Notes under the pieces: generated by a model
The model's database searches: none
Told to the model about the DNA's origin: nothing
Seen by the model: the letters and a program-made list of their open reading frames with translations, nothing else
DNA from: an uncultured Syntrophaceae bacterium
GTDB lineage: Bacteria > Desulfobacterota > Syntrophia > Syntrophales > UBA2192
Assembly: GCA_964628025.1 (NCBI GenBank)
Contig: CAZVLL010000005.1
Span: 68,729 to 132,728 of the forward strand
DNA length: 64,000 nt
Reading direction: 5' to 3'
In this document: in pieces, positions 45,683 through 54,364 of the stretch
How the letters are laid out: each line of letters begins with the position of its first letter
Numbering within the stretch: position 1 is the first letter of the stretch
Translations under genes and position numbers: made by a program

Positions 45683-46847
45683 CTCCGTTCCCTCTCCTGT
45701 TTGAACCGGGCTTCTTTGCGACAAGTTCGATGACCGTCACTTCCGGCGGCGCCAGAAAGCGAACGGGCGGACCCCATGTTCCCGATCCTCGGCTTACATA
45801 GAGGTGGGAGCGGCCCAGGTCATGAAGCCCGCTTTCCATGGGAAAGTACATCGTAACAAGGTAGTTGAAAGGAAAGATCTGTCCCCGATGGGTGTGACCG
45901 GACAGCTGCAGATCAAAGAGTCCGAGGGTGCCCTTCTCGACGGTCGGCCGATGCTTGAGAAACAGAATGAAACGGTCCCGGGGAAGCGATGCAAGAAGCT
46001 CCGCATCCCCGTTATCCTGTCCCCTCAAAGCGAAACCTCGACCCGCCGGGTCGTCCACCCCTGCGACCGTCAGGATCCCGCTGATGTCACGCGCTTCACC
46101 CCGGAGAACGTGAAAACCGGCATCCCTCGTGAAGGCAAGGGCCTTGTCGAGGCCGGCGATGAATTCGTGGTTGCCCGTTACGGCAAATTTCCCGTAAGGG
46201 GGTTGAACGGCCCGAAACGAGGCGGTGAGAAACGCGAGGTGGTCCAGTTGTCCGTCCACCAGGTCTCCCGTCGAGACCAGCAGATCCGGGGCTTCTCTTT
46301 GCACGATATCCAGCATGCTCTCAAGCCTTTTCTCCCGGATGATGAGGCCGAGGTGAACGTCGGAAATCTGGCAGATGCGGAACCGCTCGATGCCGGCCGG
46401 AAGCCTGTCTGTCTCCAGGACGACCCGTTCCGTCCGGATATGGAGGGCTTCGAAATACCCGAAGGCCGTAGCCGCCAGCGAAAGAACAAGGGGCACGAAA
46501 AAAGCAACCTTCGCCCCGGGCAGGAATGCCGAGAGATCGCTTTTCGTCAGCAGGGCTGCCGCATTCCCCAGGAACCGCCAGAAATCGAAAAACAGTGCAG
46601 CGACCATGAAGAGAAAGAGGAACCCGAGCCAGAGGTACGCACCCCAGGAAAGAGCTTTGGCTGTTTCCTCGTACCCTTGTTTCTCCAGGATTCGGATACA
46701 GAGGGGGGCCAGCATCATGAGCAACATGAACAGCCCGAGGAGAATCCCGGCCAGGCTGCCCATATGCACGGCAGCCCTGGCTTTGAGGAAGGCATACCCG
46801 TGCATCAGGCCGTAAATCAGAAAGAAACTGAGCAGAAACAGCGTCAT
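45675..46847 (-). CDS. membrane-anchored metallophosphoesterase
   Basis: I trimmed it to ATG 46847 (MTLFLLSFFLIYGL...). Four N-terminal TM helices, then the calcineurin-like motifs ISDVHLG, GDLVDG, GNHE and GHTH. Confidence 0.8.
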   Translation of the reverse strand: MTLFLLSFFLIYGLMHGYAFLKARAAVHMGSLAGILLGLFMLLMMLAPLCIRILEKQGYEETAKALSWGAYLWLGFLFLFMVAALFFDFWRFLGNAAALLTKSDLSAFLPGAKVAFFVPLVLSLAATAFGYFEALHIRTERVVLETDRLPAGIERFRICQISDVHLGLIIREKRLESMLDIVQREAPDLLVSTGDLVDGQLDHLAFLTASFRAVQPPYGKFAVTGNHEFIAGLDKALAFTRDAGFHVLRGEARDISGILTVAGVDDPAGRGFALRGQDNGDAELLASLPRDRFILFLKHRPTVEKGTLGLFDLQLSGHTHRGQIFPFNYLVTMYFPMESGLHDLGRSHLYVSRGSGTWGPPVRFLAPPEVTVIELVAKKPGSNRRGNGDD

Positions 46848-46975
46848 GGCATCCCGTAGCGATCCGGCAGATAGCGAGCGACACGGCCAGAAGGATCCTG
46901 ATACGCGCGCACCAGGATCATAACGTAATGAGGGTTGTCGCGTTTTGCAAATGGAAAATGCTGCCGGGTAAACGG

Positions 46976-47950
46976 TCAGTCGAAAAAGGTCCCCGGCGCA
47001 TAAAACCGCAAGGGATGTTCCGGGTCGAGACTCAGGGACGGGTCGACAGCCGGCAGGCTCCACGAGGGCGGGGGGTTCGGCCCCGGTCTGAAAACGGGCT
47101 CGATCGCCAGGCAGAATTCAGCGCTGCGGTCAACGGCCTCCCGGAAGAGATCAACGATCCGGTGAGCACGCAACTCGCCCGTCGAGGGATGCCGGCAGGG
47201 AATCTCCCCCTCGATCCTCCAGCATTGACTCATCTGTTTCGGCGAATAGACGAGGGCGAGAACTTCCCTGACACTCGACGGAACAACAGGAAAAACGACC
47301 GGGGCCATGGAACCGAAAAGGCGGCTTCTGCAAAGGAACTGCAGGAAGGAGAACAGTCGAAACGAGGACTGGAGTCCTTCGGCAAAGCGTTCCGTATCCT
47401 CATCGCCAAGCCAGGCTTTTTCGAGGTGCTCATGAAGGCGCTGGAGGGGCATCTCGGCATTCCGGATGTACGCCGCCAGCGAATAGCCTCGTATCTGGCT
47501 GTACCCGCCCACCAGACACATATCGATGAGCGCTTCCAGCATCCGGTGTTGCTGTCTGGCAACGGTTCTGCGCCGAAAGTCCGGGTCATGGTAGGGTCCG
47601 GTGAGATAAAAAATCAGGGGGTGCATCAGCGCATCGGCAAAGAGGTGGGTGATCAGTCCCACGAGAAAGGCCGTCAGTTGCGTTCTCTCCTTCTCCGGTT
47701 GCGCCAGCAGGTGACGGAGAAAGGTCTCGACCAGCTCCCGGGCATCGTCAACGGTGCCATGAAGCCTTATGGGAAGCGAGCCGAACCGTGAATCAACGTC
47801 TGCTTTCAAATAATAATAAGGTACATCGTGGATGATCGCGCCGAGGTGAAGCAAATTCGTGTTGTCGCGGAGAGGTGCCTCAAAACAGGTCCCTTCCAGT
47901 TTCTTCGACACAGCCTCGGAAACAAGCCAATGAGTGATCTCTTTCGGCAT
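46976..47950 (-). CDS. zinc-dependent phospholipase C-like family protein (uncertain)
   Basis: The track ORF is 46976..48073; I tentatively start at ATG 47950 (MPKEITHWLV...). The patterns LGAIIHDVPYY and THLFADALMHP resemble the His/Asp metal ligands of that family. The start is uncertain. Confidence 0.5.
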   Translation of the reverse strand: MPKEITHWLVSEAVSKKLEGTCFEAPLRDNTNLLHLGAIIHDVPYYYLKADVDSRFGSLPIRLHGTVDDARELVETFLRHLLAQPEKERTQLTAFLVGLITHLFADALMHPLIFYLTGPYHDPDFRRRTVARQQHRMLEALIDMCLVGGYSQIRGYSLAAYIRNAEMPLQRLHEHLEKAWLGDEDTERFAEGLQSSFRLFSFLQFLCRSRLFGSMAPVVFPVVPSSVREVLALVYSPKQMSQCWRIEGEIPCRHPSTGELRAHRIVDLFREAVDRSAEFCLAIEPVFRPGPNPPPSWSLPAVDPSLSLDPEHPLRFYAPGTFFD

Positions 47951-48165
47951 TTTTGGTGATGGATCCTCTCCGATGGAGTATCCGATCCGGACCGGAAAGG
48001 GCATCCATTCGCCCCTGATAGAGAAGACAGGCTGAATCGGGATCCGACCCGTCGAGAGATTAGCGTTTGACAAAAAGGAGCGGCCCTATCTAACCGTTGC
48101 TTCCGCTGAATGTCAACCTGCTTTTCCCTTTCATGGCAGGTGCAGACAGGCCTTTTCGAGGCCGG

Positions 48166-49191
48166 CTATGGGTGGGGATAGAGAATGACCTTGATCGCCT
48201 CCCCCGCCGCGGCAACAAGTCCAAACCCGAGACCGGCCTCGGCAAGACTCAGGCGATGGGTAATCATGTTGCCGACAGGAACGCGACCGGAGCGGATCAG
48301 TTCGATCGCAATGACGGCATCGCAGGGGGCGTTGCCATAGGAAGGGAGCACCCGGATCTCGTTGCGCCAGAAATCGTTGACCGGTAAGGGCAGCTCGACG
48401 CCGGGGTCCGTCGGCGCAAAGCACAGAACGGTGCCGGCCCGGTCCACCGATTGCAGCGCCTGCCGGTATGCGGAAAGCGCACCCGCGCAGACAACGACCA
48501 GGTCGGCCGGCCTTCCCCCGTTCAGGGTTTTGAACCGGGCAGGAATATCGTCCGAGGCATGCATCGCCGCATCGGCGCCGAGAGTCATCGCCGCCTTGAG
48601 GCGTTGTTCACTGATGTCGGTTGTCACAATCCGTCCTGCACCGAGGGCCTTCGCCAGCAGGAGATGCAACAGCCCGGAGATGCCGCTGCCGACAATGAGA
48701 ACACTGTGACCGGGAAGCAGCCCTGCGAGCCTCTGGCCGCGTAAGACGCAGGCCAGCGGTTCGACAAATGCCCCCTGTTCGAAGCTCATGTCTTCCGGAA
48801 GAATGAAGACACCGCGATCGACGTTCAGTGCGGGAATGCGCAGGTACTCGCTGAACCCTCCCGGATCGTAATTGGTCGTGTGCAGGGTTTCGCAAGCCGT
48901 GTGGCTGCCTTTCAGACAGTAATGGCAGGTGTTGCAGGGAATGTGATGGGAAACGAAGACACGGTCTCCGACCTCGAAGCGATCCACGCCGAAACCCTTC
49001 TCGACGATGATCCCGGCGATCTCATGCCCGAGGACGATCGGCGCCTTCTTGATCCGGTACCACTCCATGACGTCGCTGCCGCAGATGCCGCTGGCCATCA
49101 CCTTGATGAGCAACTCGCCCGGACCGATCTCCGGCACGGGCCTCTCCTCGATACGAACGTCACGGTTGTTGTAGTAAACAGCTACTTTCAT
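48166..49191 (-). CDS. zinc-binding medium-chain alcohol/polyol dehydrogenase
   Basis: I trimmed it to ATG 49191 (MKVAVYYNNRDVRIEE...). GICGSDV, GHE and the structural-zinc Cys cluster CNTCHYCLKG are present, with Rossmann GSGISG. Confidence 0.85.
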   Translation of the reverse strand: MKVAVYYNNRDVRIEERPVPEIGPGELLIKVMASGICGSDVMEWYRIKKAPIVLGHEIAGIIVEKGFGVDRFEVGDRVFVSHHIPCNTCHYCLKGSHTACETLHTTNYDPGGFSEYLRIPALNVDRGVFILPEDMSFEQGAFVEPLACVLRGQRLAGLLPGHSVLIVGSGISGLLHLLLAKALGAGRIVTTDISEQRLKAAMTLGADAAMHASDDIPARFKTLNGGRPADLVVVCAGALSAYRQALQSVDRAGTVLCFAPTDPGVELPLPVNDFWRNEIRVLPSYGNAPCDAVIAIELIRSGRVPVGNMITHRLSLAEAGLGFGLVAAAGEAIKVILYPHP

Positions 49192-49266
49192 GGTCTGCCG
49201 GGTCTGTCTCCTCTCTCCTATCGTCCGGTCACGCCGCTGCAAGGCAGTCCAAGGTGACAGGTTACC

Positions 49267-50079
49267 TCATCCCTTCTTTTTGCGGGGCTTGTTATTTTCT
49301 GCGACAACCGCGCGGTACAGCTCGTGTGCCTGTCGTACCGATGCCTTTTCATGGATGATGGCCCTCAGCGCCCGGATCATGGGCACTGGATGAGGACTTT
49401 GCCAGATATTGCGACCCAGGTTGACGCCGACGGCACCCCGTTTCATGCCGTCATGGACAAAGGCCATGACCTCAAGTTCGGTTTCACATTTGGGGCCGCC
49501 GGCCATGACGACGGGGACCGGGCATCCTTCGACCACCTTGTCAAAATTCTTACACCAGTAGGTTTTGACAACACGGGCTCCCAGCTCCGCGGCAATCCGG
49601 CAACTCAGGCCCAGGTAGCGGGCCTCCCGCTGTTCGAGCTCCTTGCCCACGGCGGTGACGGCCATGACGGGAATTCCGAAATCCTCGCATTCGTTGACAA
49701 GGTCGGCCAGGTTCATCAGCGATTCGTGCTCATAGTCGCTGCCGACGAAAATCGATACGCCCACGGCCGTCGCATTCAGCCGCAGGATTTCTTCAACGGA
49801 GGTGGTGATGGCTTCGTTGGCGAGGTCCCGGCCGATGACGCTCGTGCCTCCCGACACCCGGAGGATGACCGGTTTGCTCCCCACGGGATCGACACAATTT
49901 CTCAGGACGCCTCGCGTGACGAACAGGGCTTCACAATAGGAAAGCAGCGGCGCAATCGTATCTCCCGGTTTTTCAAGGCATGTCGTGGGTCCCTGAAAAT
50001 ACCCATGATCGATCGGCAGAAACAGGCAGCGACCGTTCCGGAAAAGCTGCGACATCCGATTCTTCATTCCCCAGTCCAT
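49267..50079 (-). CDS. class I aldolase of the DhnA/LsrF family
   Basis: 270 aa. LFLPIDHG near the N-terminus and VVKTYW... (Schiff-base Lys region), as in DhnA-type fructose-bisphosphate aldolase/LsrF proteins. Confidence 0.75.
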   Translation of the reverse strand: MDWGMKNRMSQLFRNGRCLFLPIDHGYFQGPTTCLEKPGDTIAPLLSYCEALFVTRGVLRNCVDPVGSKPVILRVSGGTSVIGRDLANEAITTSVEEILRLNATAVGVSIFVGSDYEHESLMNLADLVNECEDFGIPVMAVTAVGKELEQREARYLGLSCRIAAELGARVVKTYWCKNFDKVVEGCPVPVVMAGGPKCETELEVMAFVHDGMKRGAVGVNLGRNIWQSPHPVPMIRALRAIIHEKASVRQAHELYRAVVAENNKPRKKKG

Positions 50080-50110
50080 CTGACGATCCTCCTTACTTTT
50101 TCATTCCTTC

Positions 50111-51103
50111 TCAACTGCCCGCCAAAAGCTCGGCCAGACCTGCAAAAGTCGCCGTCCCTGCTTCCCATGAATAGGAAATGACATGGATTCCGAGTTTCAG
50201 AAGCCCTTCCTCCCGGTCGTTCTCCAGTTCGCCCGGAACGACAAGAATGCGTCGGGTGTCCTGCGGCAGATTCAGGTTCTTCAGCAGAATCCTCGCCACT
50301 CCCTGTTCCAGGACGGGTGTGGCTACCCCTGAGAGGACCTCAAACACCGCGGAAATACGGCCGGTCGGGCCGCACGCGAAGAGATTTCCTCCGGGATCCC
50401 CCTTTGCCCGGTATCCCAGTTCTTTCAGTCGGTGAGACAGATCCAGCACGGCAAGATCGCGATCAGTTTCCGAGGCATAGTCCCTCTTCTCGGGAACATA
50501 CCGGCCGCCGATACGCTCCTCATAAAAACAATCGTCGTCAAAAAAAATCCTTGCCTGCTGATCGTCATCAGCCCCTCGACCCTTGATCGCTTCAATCTTC
50601 CGGATAAATTGCGCGAGATGCCTCACGAACAGAGAAGAGTGGAGGGCACCGACAACCACAACGGCACTGCGGGCATCCCCGTCTTCGACCTCGCTCCATA
50701 CACCCCGATAATGGGCTTCGAAAAGGGATTTGCCGATTCCCTTTCTTCCCCCGATCTTCCCGCGATGGACAAGGAATACCTTCCCCGCATCGTCCTGCGC
50801 AAAGGCTCCTCCGAGCTTCCGGTCCCGGTTGAGTATCGGGATATTGATTTCGATGGTGCTGGAAACAGCGCCGCCGTCCGAGGGTTTACCAAGTCCGAAG
50901 GCATTCCAGAAGCGATCCCCGGCTAGCGCCTTGCTGTGAAACCAGATGCCGGGATCGTCGGCCCAGAAGACATTCGCCCGCACGCTCTCGCCGGGGTGAC
51001 CGATTCTCACGGAGATCCGGCCGGTCACACAGGGCTTCAGCGAGCGGATGAAGTGCCGCTGGCAACGTCGAATTGCCGATTCATCGTCCAGGATTTTGAG
51101 CAC
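50111..51103 (-). CDS. hypothetical cytoplasmic protein, 330 aa, no family recognised
   Basis: Long ORF with coding-like composition. GTG start 51103 with AGGGGG 7 nt upstream, overlapping the upstream gene by 23 nt. Contains HRGKIGGRKGIGKSLF and a C-terminal beta-alpha pattern. Confidence 0.6.
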   Translation of the reverse strand: MLKILDDESAIRRCQRHFIRSLKPCVTGRISVRIGHPGESVRANVFWADDPGIWFHSKALAGDRFWNAFGLGKPSDGGAVSSTIEINIPILNRDRKLGGAFAQDDAGKVFLVHRGKIGGRKGIGKSLFEAHYRGVWSEVEDGDARSAVVVVGALHSSLFVRHLAQFIRKIEAIKGRGADDDQQARIFFDDDCFYEERIGGRYVPEKRDYASETDRDLAVLDLSHRLKELGYRAKGDPGGNLFACGPTGRISAVFEVLSGVATPVLEQGVARILLKNLNLPQDTRRILVVPGELENDREEGLLKLGIHVISYSWEAGTATFAGLAELLAGS

Positions 51104-51758
51104 CCGGGAGCCCCCTGATCCTGCCTGGAGCCGACCGCTGCTCTAGTTGAATGTTCATGTCGGCACCAATCTGTCCATAGTAACTGTTCCACTTCCGGAA
51201 CTGGCCATCCAGGTCCGTGTATGCTATTGCCATGGGGGCCGAACCCGGCTTTTCCTCCTTCAGTTCACGACCGATCGTTTCCGTTCGATCGTGGAGATAC
51301 ATCTGTATTGCCATGATTTCCTTCAGCTGCCTTTCCCACCAGGATTGCTGCCCGTTGTTGAGCCCCATGGCAAACTGATCATGTTTTTCCGTGAGAAGTT
51401 GAATCCCCCGATTCAAATCCTCGTGCTGATTCTGGACTTCTTTCCAGTTCACTTCGGTTGAGAGCAGCAGCTTGCGGATATCCCTCGCATGCTGTGAAAG
51501 GGTTGCCGACAGTTGAAAGCACCCTGTAAGCTGCTCCTGCTGTGCTTCGTCGCCCTGAAGCCATGCATTGCGCTGGGACGGTCTCTCGCCCTGTTGCTCC
51601 TGCTGCTGCCCCTTCATGCCGGGAGCCGTGGGGCCCACCGGTTTTGCCTGTTGCTTGTCCCGTGACGGCGTGCCGACCTGAGCCTCGGCCGGAAGGGCCG
51701 AAAGAAAACACAGAAGCACAAGCCCCGCGGCCAGGATCGTCGCTGCCTTTTTTATCAT
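51081..51758 (-). CDS. secreted Gln-rich hypothetical protein
   Basis: I trimmed it to ATG 51758 (MIKKAATILAAGLVLLCFLSALPAEA, signal peptide). A Q-rich low-complexity stretch is followed by a helical region. Confidence 0.55.
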   Translation of the reverse strand: MIKKAATILAAGLVLLCFLSALPAEAQVGTPSRDKQQAKPVGPTAPGMKGQQQEQQGERPSQRNAWLQGDEAQQEQLTGCFQLSATLSQHARDIRKLLLSTEVNWKEVQNQHEDLNRGIQLLTEKHDQFAMGLNNGQQSWWERQLKEIMAIQMYLHDRTETIGRELKEEKPGSAPMAIAYTDLDGQFRKWNSYYGQIGADMNIQLEQRSAPGRIRGLPGAQNPGR

Positions 51759-51798
51759 GATGTCCGTGATCCTCCTCAATGTTCCGCCTCTTTACCGC

Positions 51799-52713
51799 TT
51801 ACGATTCCCCGTACGCCACCGGAACCCTGACCATTCGTCTTGACGAAGCAGACGGCTGCAGTTTCTTGAATCCGTCTTCGATCAGGGTCCGGGCTTCGCG
51901 GAACCTGGCGCCGGAGCTCTTCGAGCCCAGCACGACGGCCATGAGTCGCGTGCCGTCCCTTCTTGCGGTGACGACAAGATGGTATCCTGAACCTGCAACA
52001 TGACCCGTTTTCAGGCCGTCGACATATCGATTCGTCTCGAGCAGGTGGTTGGTGTTGTTCCGAATCCTCCGGCCGTACTGAAAGGTTGGCATGGAATGGA
52101 TTTCAAGGGACTGAGGGAACCGGTTGATGTAGGCGCAGGAGAGACTCAGGACATCGGCCGCCGTCGTCACCTGATCCCCTTCCCGCAGTCCGCTCGGATT
52201 TCGGAAGCGGCTATTTGTCATGCCCAGCTCCAGGGCTTTTACATTCATTCGTCGGACGAACTCGCCCACATCACCGCCGATGTATTCCGCCGCCGCGACG
52301 GAGGCGTCGTTGGCCGATACGATTGCCATTCCCTTCATCAGATCCCCCAAGGCAATTTCCGATCCGGGTCGGATCCGCATCCGGGAGCCGTTTACCTGAC
52401 TGACGCTCGAGCTGACACGAACGACATCCGATGCCTGGACGCGGCCTTCATCCAAGGCTTCGTAAATGAGATACAGGGTCAGGATTTTCGTCAGGGATGC
52501 CGGCGCAATGGGTTCGTTGGGATTCTTGGAGAACAGAATCTCGCCTGTCCTCATATCCATGACCAGAGCGGATTTTGCCGAGAGAACCACTCCGGCTTTC
52601 TGTTTCGGCTTTGCTTTCGTTTTGCGCTTCGCGGCCAACGAGTCGTCAGGCAGGAGGAAGTGGATCGCCAGAACCGCCGCAAGCAACAGAAGGCTTTTTT
52701 TGAGAGGCACCAT
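51799..52713 (-). CDS. D-alanyl-D-alanine carboxypeptidase (S11 penicillin-binding protein)
   Basis: Signal peptide, SLTK (SxxK), SAND (SxN-like) and later KTG-type motifs. Confidence 0.85.
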   Translation of the reverse strand: MVPLKKSLLLLAAVLAIHFLLPDDSLAAKRKTKAKPKQKAGVVLSAKSALVMDMRTGEILFSKNPNEPIAPASLTKILTLYLIYEALDEGRVQASDVVRVSSSVSQVNGSRMRIRPGSEIALGDLMKGMAIVSANDASVAAAEYIGGDVGEFVRRMNVKALELGMTNSRFRNPSGLREGDQVTTAADVLSLSCAYINRFPQSLEIHSMPTFQYGRRIRNNTNHLLETNRYVDGLKTGHVAGSGYHLVVTARRDGTRLMAVVLGSKSSGARFREARTLIEDGFKKLQPSASSRRMVRVPVAYGES

Positions 52714-52824
52714 GTGTATGGGTAATTATTTCTCCAATCGGTTTTCAACCTGCTCCGGGCTGCAGAATCAAAGCGAGTTGACTTTCACCGGAACGATAAT
52801 GGAAAAGGGAAGGTCCCGTCAAGC

Positions 52825-53709
52825 TCATTTCGCGTCCTGCCGGCTGCTGAGTTGCTTCAGGGCAAGCATGAGCGCCTGGGTACCGGATGTCCCGTGACCC
52901 TGAGCCTTCACGGCCACATAGAGCTGGCACACAAGGGCAAGCCCTGGCATGGCGAGCCCCATCGCCGCGGCCTCCCGGAGCGCAATGCCCATATCCTTGA
53001 TGAAGTGATCGACGTAGAATCCGGGCCTGTAGTCTCCCTGGACAATACGCGGACCCAGGGTGTTGATGCACCAGGAACTGGCGGCGCCCTTTCCGACGAT
53101 GTCGATGACGGCCTGTTCGTCGAGCCCGGCTTTTGCGGCATAGACAAGGGCTTCACAGACACCGATCATCGTTCCTGCGATCAGGATCTGGTTGCACATC
53201 TTCGTATGCTGGCCCGATCCCGGTCCGCCCATGAAGGCAATGGTTTTCCCCAGATGCTGAAGAAGAGGGAGGAGCTCTTCATAGATCTTCCGGTCTCCGC
53301 CGATCATGATGGCGAGCGTTGCATTTCTTGCCCCCACATCGCCGCCCGAAACAGGGGCGTCGAGGCTGGAAATGCCTTTCTTCGAGGCGGCCTGTGCAAT
53401 GCGTTTTGCCAACCCCGGCTCGCTGGTCGTCATGTCCACGACAATTCGACACTTGGGATCTCCCGCCAGAACGCCCTGCGGCCCCAGATAGGTCTCCTCC
53501 ACATCGGAGGGCATGGCCACCATGGAAAAGACAATCTCCGTCTCGGCCGCCACGGCGGAAGGCGAGGGACACCAGCGCCCTCCTCGGTCGAGGAGCGGCC
53601 CGGCTTTGTCGCGGCTTCTATTGAACAGGAACAGCTCATGCCCCGCGAACTGCAGATGACCCGCCATGGACAGCCCCATGATTCCCGTACCGATCCATCC
53701 GATCTTCAT
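52825..53709 (-). CDS. NAD(P)-dependent 3-hydroxyisobutyrate / 2-hydroxy-3-oxopropionate reductase family dehydrogenase
   Basis: I trimmed it to ATG 53709 (MKIGWIGTGIMG...) after GAGGTG. The GxGxMG Rossmann motif and the family pattern DAPVSGG are present. Confidence 0.85.
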   Translation of the reverse strand: MKIGWIGTGIMGLSMAGHLQFAGHELFLFNRSRDKAGPLLDRGGRWCPSPSAVAAETEIVFSMVAMPSDVEETYLGPQGVLAGDPKCRIVVDMTTSEPGLAKRIAQAASKKGISSLDAPVSGGDVGARNATLAIMIGGDRKIYEELLPLLQHLGKTIAFMGGPGSGQHTKMCNQILIAGTMIGVCEALVYAAKAGLDEQAVIDIVGKGAASSWCINTLGPRIVQGDYRPGFYVDHFIKDMGIALREAAAMGLAMPGLALVCQLYVAVKAQGHGTSGTQALMLALKQLSSRQDAK

Positions 53710-53918
53710 AGACACACCTCGCTGAACGTTTTGCCGAAAGGTCGACACCGTTTCCGAATGACGTCCGCCGTCCGAAAAACCATATCCTGGAAACGGTCTG
53801 CCCCACTTTAGGGGAATGAGGACCGGGCTGTCAAGTTCGTCCTTCCCATGCAAACCGTTTTATAGTAAGGATGGGGCCGTTGAAAGCCCGTCGATCCCCT
53901 GCGTCACAGGAGGAATCC

Positions 53919-54278
53919 ATGCCTCGCTTCATCCTGGCCGTCGTTTTTTCCTTTTTTGCATTGGCATCCTCTCCGGGCGGTGGCTTCCGTCCCGCCCTCG
54001 CCGAGGATACGATCTTCCGCTGCGGGGGAGAGAGCGTTTCCATCGGGGATTCAGGATATGCCGTACGGAAAATCTGCGGAAAACCATCGCGCAGCGAATC
54101 GGCGGGGAAAACGAGCAAGGACAAAAAGCAAAAGGAACCGAAAGGAACAACCACGAAATCCTCCTCGGGAAAAGTGCAGAAGTGGTATTACGATCGGGGT
54201 TATGGCGATTACGTCTACGTCCTCACCTTTGAAAAGGATGTCCTGAAAAAGATTGAAAAGTCGAGCCGGGGACGGTAA
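53919..54278 (+). CDS. DUF2845-like small secreted protein
   Basis: I trimmed it to ATG 53919 (MPRFILAVVF...) after GGAGG. Signal peptide, a Cys pair, and the ...KWYYDRGYGDYVYVLTFEKDVLKKIE tail. Confidence 0.55.
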   Translation: MPRFILAVVFSFFALASSPGGGFRPALAEDTIFRCGGESVSIGDSGYAVRKICGKPSRSESAGKTSKDKKQKEPKGTTTKSSSGKVQKWYYDRGYGDYVYVLTFEKDVLKKIEKSSRGR

Positions 54279-54364
54279 CGCAGAGGATAGGATGTCGCGG
54301 GCAGCATGGAGCGTGCGGGAAGCAGGCGGAATCGGGAATCGGCGTTGAACGGGAAGGAACAGCG

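Noticed and set aside
50111-51103. Considered the unknown 330-aa protein as the missing restriction partner of the Dam-like methylase
   Set aside because: It lies 8 kb away on the other strand inside a different operon. I cannot identify a complete PD-(D/E)xK, HNH or GIY-YIG catalytic motif.
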